A stretch of 63,953 bases of DNA, filler included, from Bonamia ostreae (taxonomy: Eukaryota), in the NCBI GenBank assembly GCA_040357525.1. It is 57 parts of 57 records of this genome, joined end to end, with 100 filler letters (N's around TTAATTAATTAA, not from the genome) between each part and the next. Parts side by side here need not be neighbours in the genome. Positions count along the whole stretch, not along the records: positions 62,936 to 63,953 come from JBDODL010003027.1; 56 more parts are not named here. One strand, written 5' to 3'. Positions 62,990 through 63,953 of the stretch are shown piece after piece. A program made the position numbers and the translations under genes. The notes below the pieces were generated by a model, which was not told the origin of the DNA, searched no databases, and saw only the letters and a list, made by a program, of their open reading frames with translations. Position 1 is the stretch's first letter; every line of letters starts with the position of its first letter.

Positions 62990-63780
62990 CTAAATTATTT
63001 TGAAATAGTCGAGAAAAAATTTTTCAATAACATTTTGATTTTTGTCTTTAGACAAACTCTCCAATTTTTCAACTCTTTTTTCATAAAACATTTTTTCTCT
63101 TTTATTCTTATCAACTAAAGCTTTAATCCTCTTTTCAAGCTTTAAAGTTTGTTCATTTTTAAAGTTATTGTCATTTCCAAATTTTCCCATTTTGTCCAAT
63201 TTTTCTTTCGCTTTTTTCAGTTCCGACTTCATTTTGTCATCTTTGTCCAATTTTGCGTTTTCGGCCGATTTTAATTCGGAAATTTTTTTCTTCAAAACAT
63301 TTTTTTCGTTCGTTTCCGCAGCCAATTTTTCCTTGAAAGTCAAGATTTCAGATTTCAAGAACGACTCGAAAGAATTTTCGTTTTGATTATTTTTATCGTC
63401 GATTCTGTTGTTTTGTTTAAAATAGTTTTGAATATTTTTATTTTCCTTTTCGAGTTTTTCCAATTTGAAATTTAGTCTGTTTTTGGTTTCTTTCAGTTTG
63501 AAATTTTCGTTTCGCAATTTTTCGATTTGTTTTTCTGTCGCGTTTTCGTTGTGAAAATTTGGCGATTTTTGATTTTTAAGCGATTTGAGATTGGATTTTG
63601 TTTCGCCGAGCTCTGTTTTCAAATTATTGTTGGCGATTTTTTCTTCAAAAAGTTGGTTTTGGAGATCGTCTATTTTTTTAAAAGTCGAATTTAGTTTTTC
63701 GTAATTGCGTTCTGATTCTTTTTTTGTCAGAGAATGGCTCTTTTGTTCTGATTTTAATTCTATTTCTTGTTTGTTGATTG
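62990..63780 (-). CDS. Coiled-coil hypothetical protein fragment (protist)
   Basis: K/E/N-rich 210-aa ORF that appears to continue upstream. Low-complexity TTTTTGACAA-type repeats follow at about 63790-63953. Confidence 0.55.
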
Positions 63781-63953
63781 ACTAATTTTTTAGTGATTTT
63801 TTAACAATTTTTGTTTTTGCAATTTTTTTTAACAATTTTTTCAATATTTTTAGTGATTTTTTTTGACAATTTTTAACAATTTTGTCAATGTTTTTAATAA
63901 TTTTTTTGACAATTTTTTGCAATTTTTTTAACAATTTTTATTTTTGCAATTTT

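Overview
This window is not a contiguous locus. It is 57 unrelated contigs of about 1.02-1.03 kb, sorted by decreasing length (1030 to 1018 bp). They are joined by an artificial 100-bp linker (44 N + TTAATTAATTAA + 44 N), so gene neighbourhood across linkers has no meaning. At least three sources are mixed. (1) A gene-dense, AT-rich unicellular eukaryote with divergent housekeeping genes: TAF5-like WD40, MOB1, cyclin, SPX protein, Aha1, SF3A3/Prp9, Lon, ASF1, RPA1, PRORP-like and Sec61-alpha. Many of its spliceosomal introns are very small (20-31 nt) and begin with GTT. (2) A bivalve, oyster-like host: TACATGTA-rich non-coding DNA, interspersed repeats, EGF, D8C, DZIP3-HEPN and BEN exons, and a decayed Polinton/Maverick. 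(3) One intronless, translationally coupled three-ORF contig that looks like a bacteriophage fragment. My inference is an assembly of an oyster protist parasite (ascetosporean/haplosporidian, Bonamia-like) with host and microbial carry-over. I found no complete novel multi-gene system. The best-supported unusual biology is the 20-25-nt introns with degenerate donors, a divergent PRORP, an N-terminally truncated TAF5-like gene, the Polinton remnant and the phage-like contig. All family assignments come from motif recognition by eye; no database search was run.
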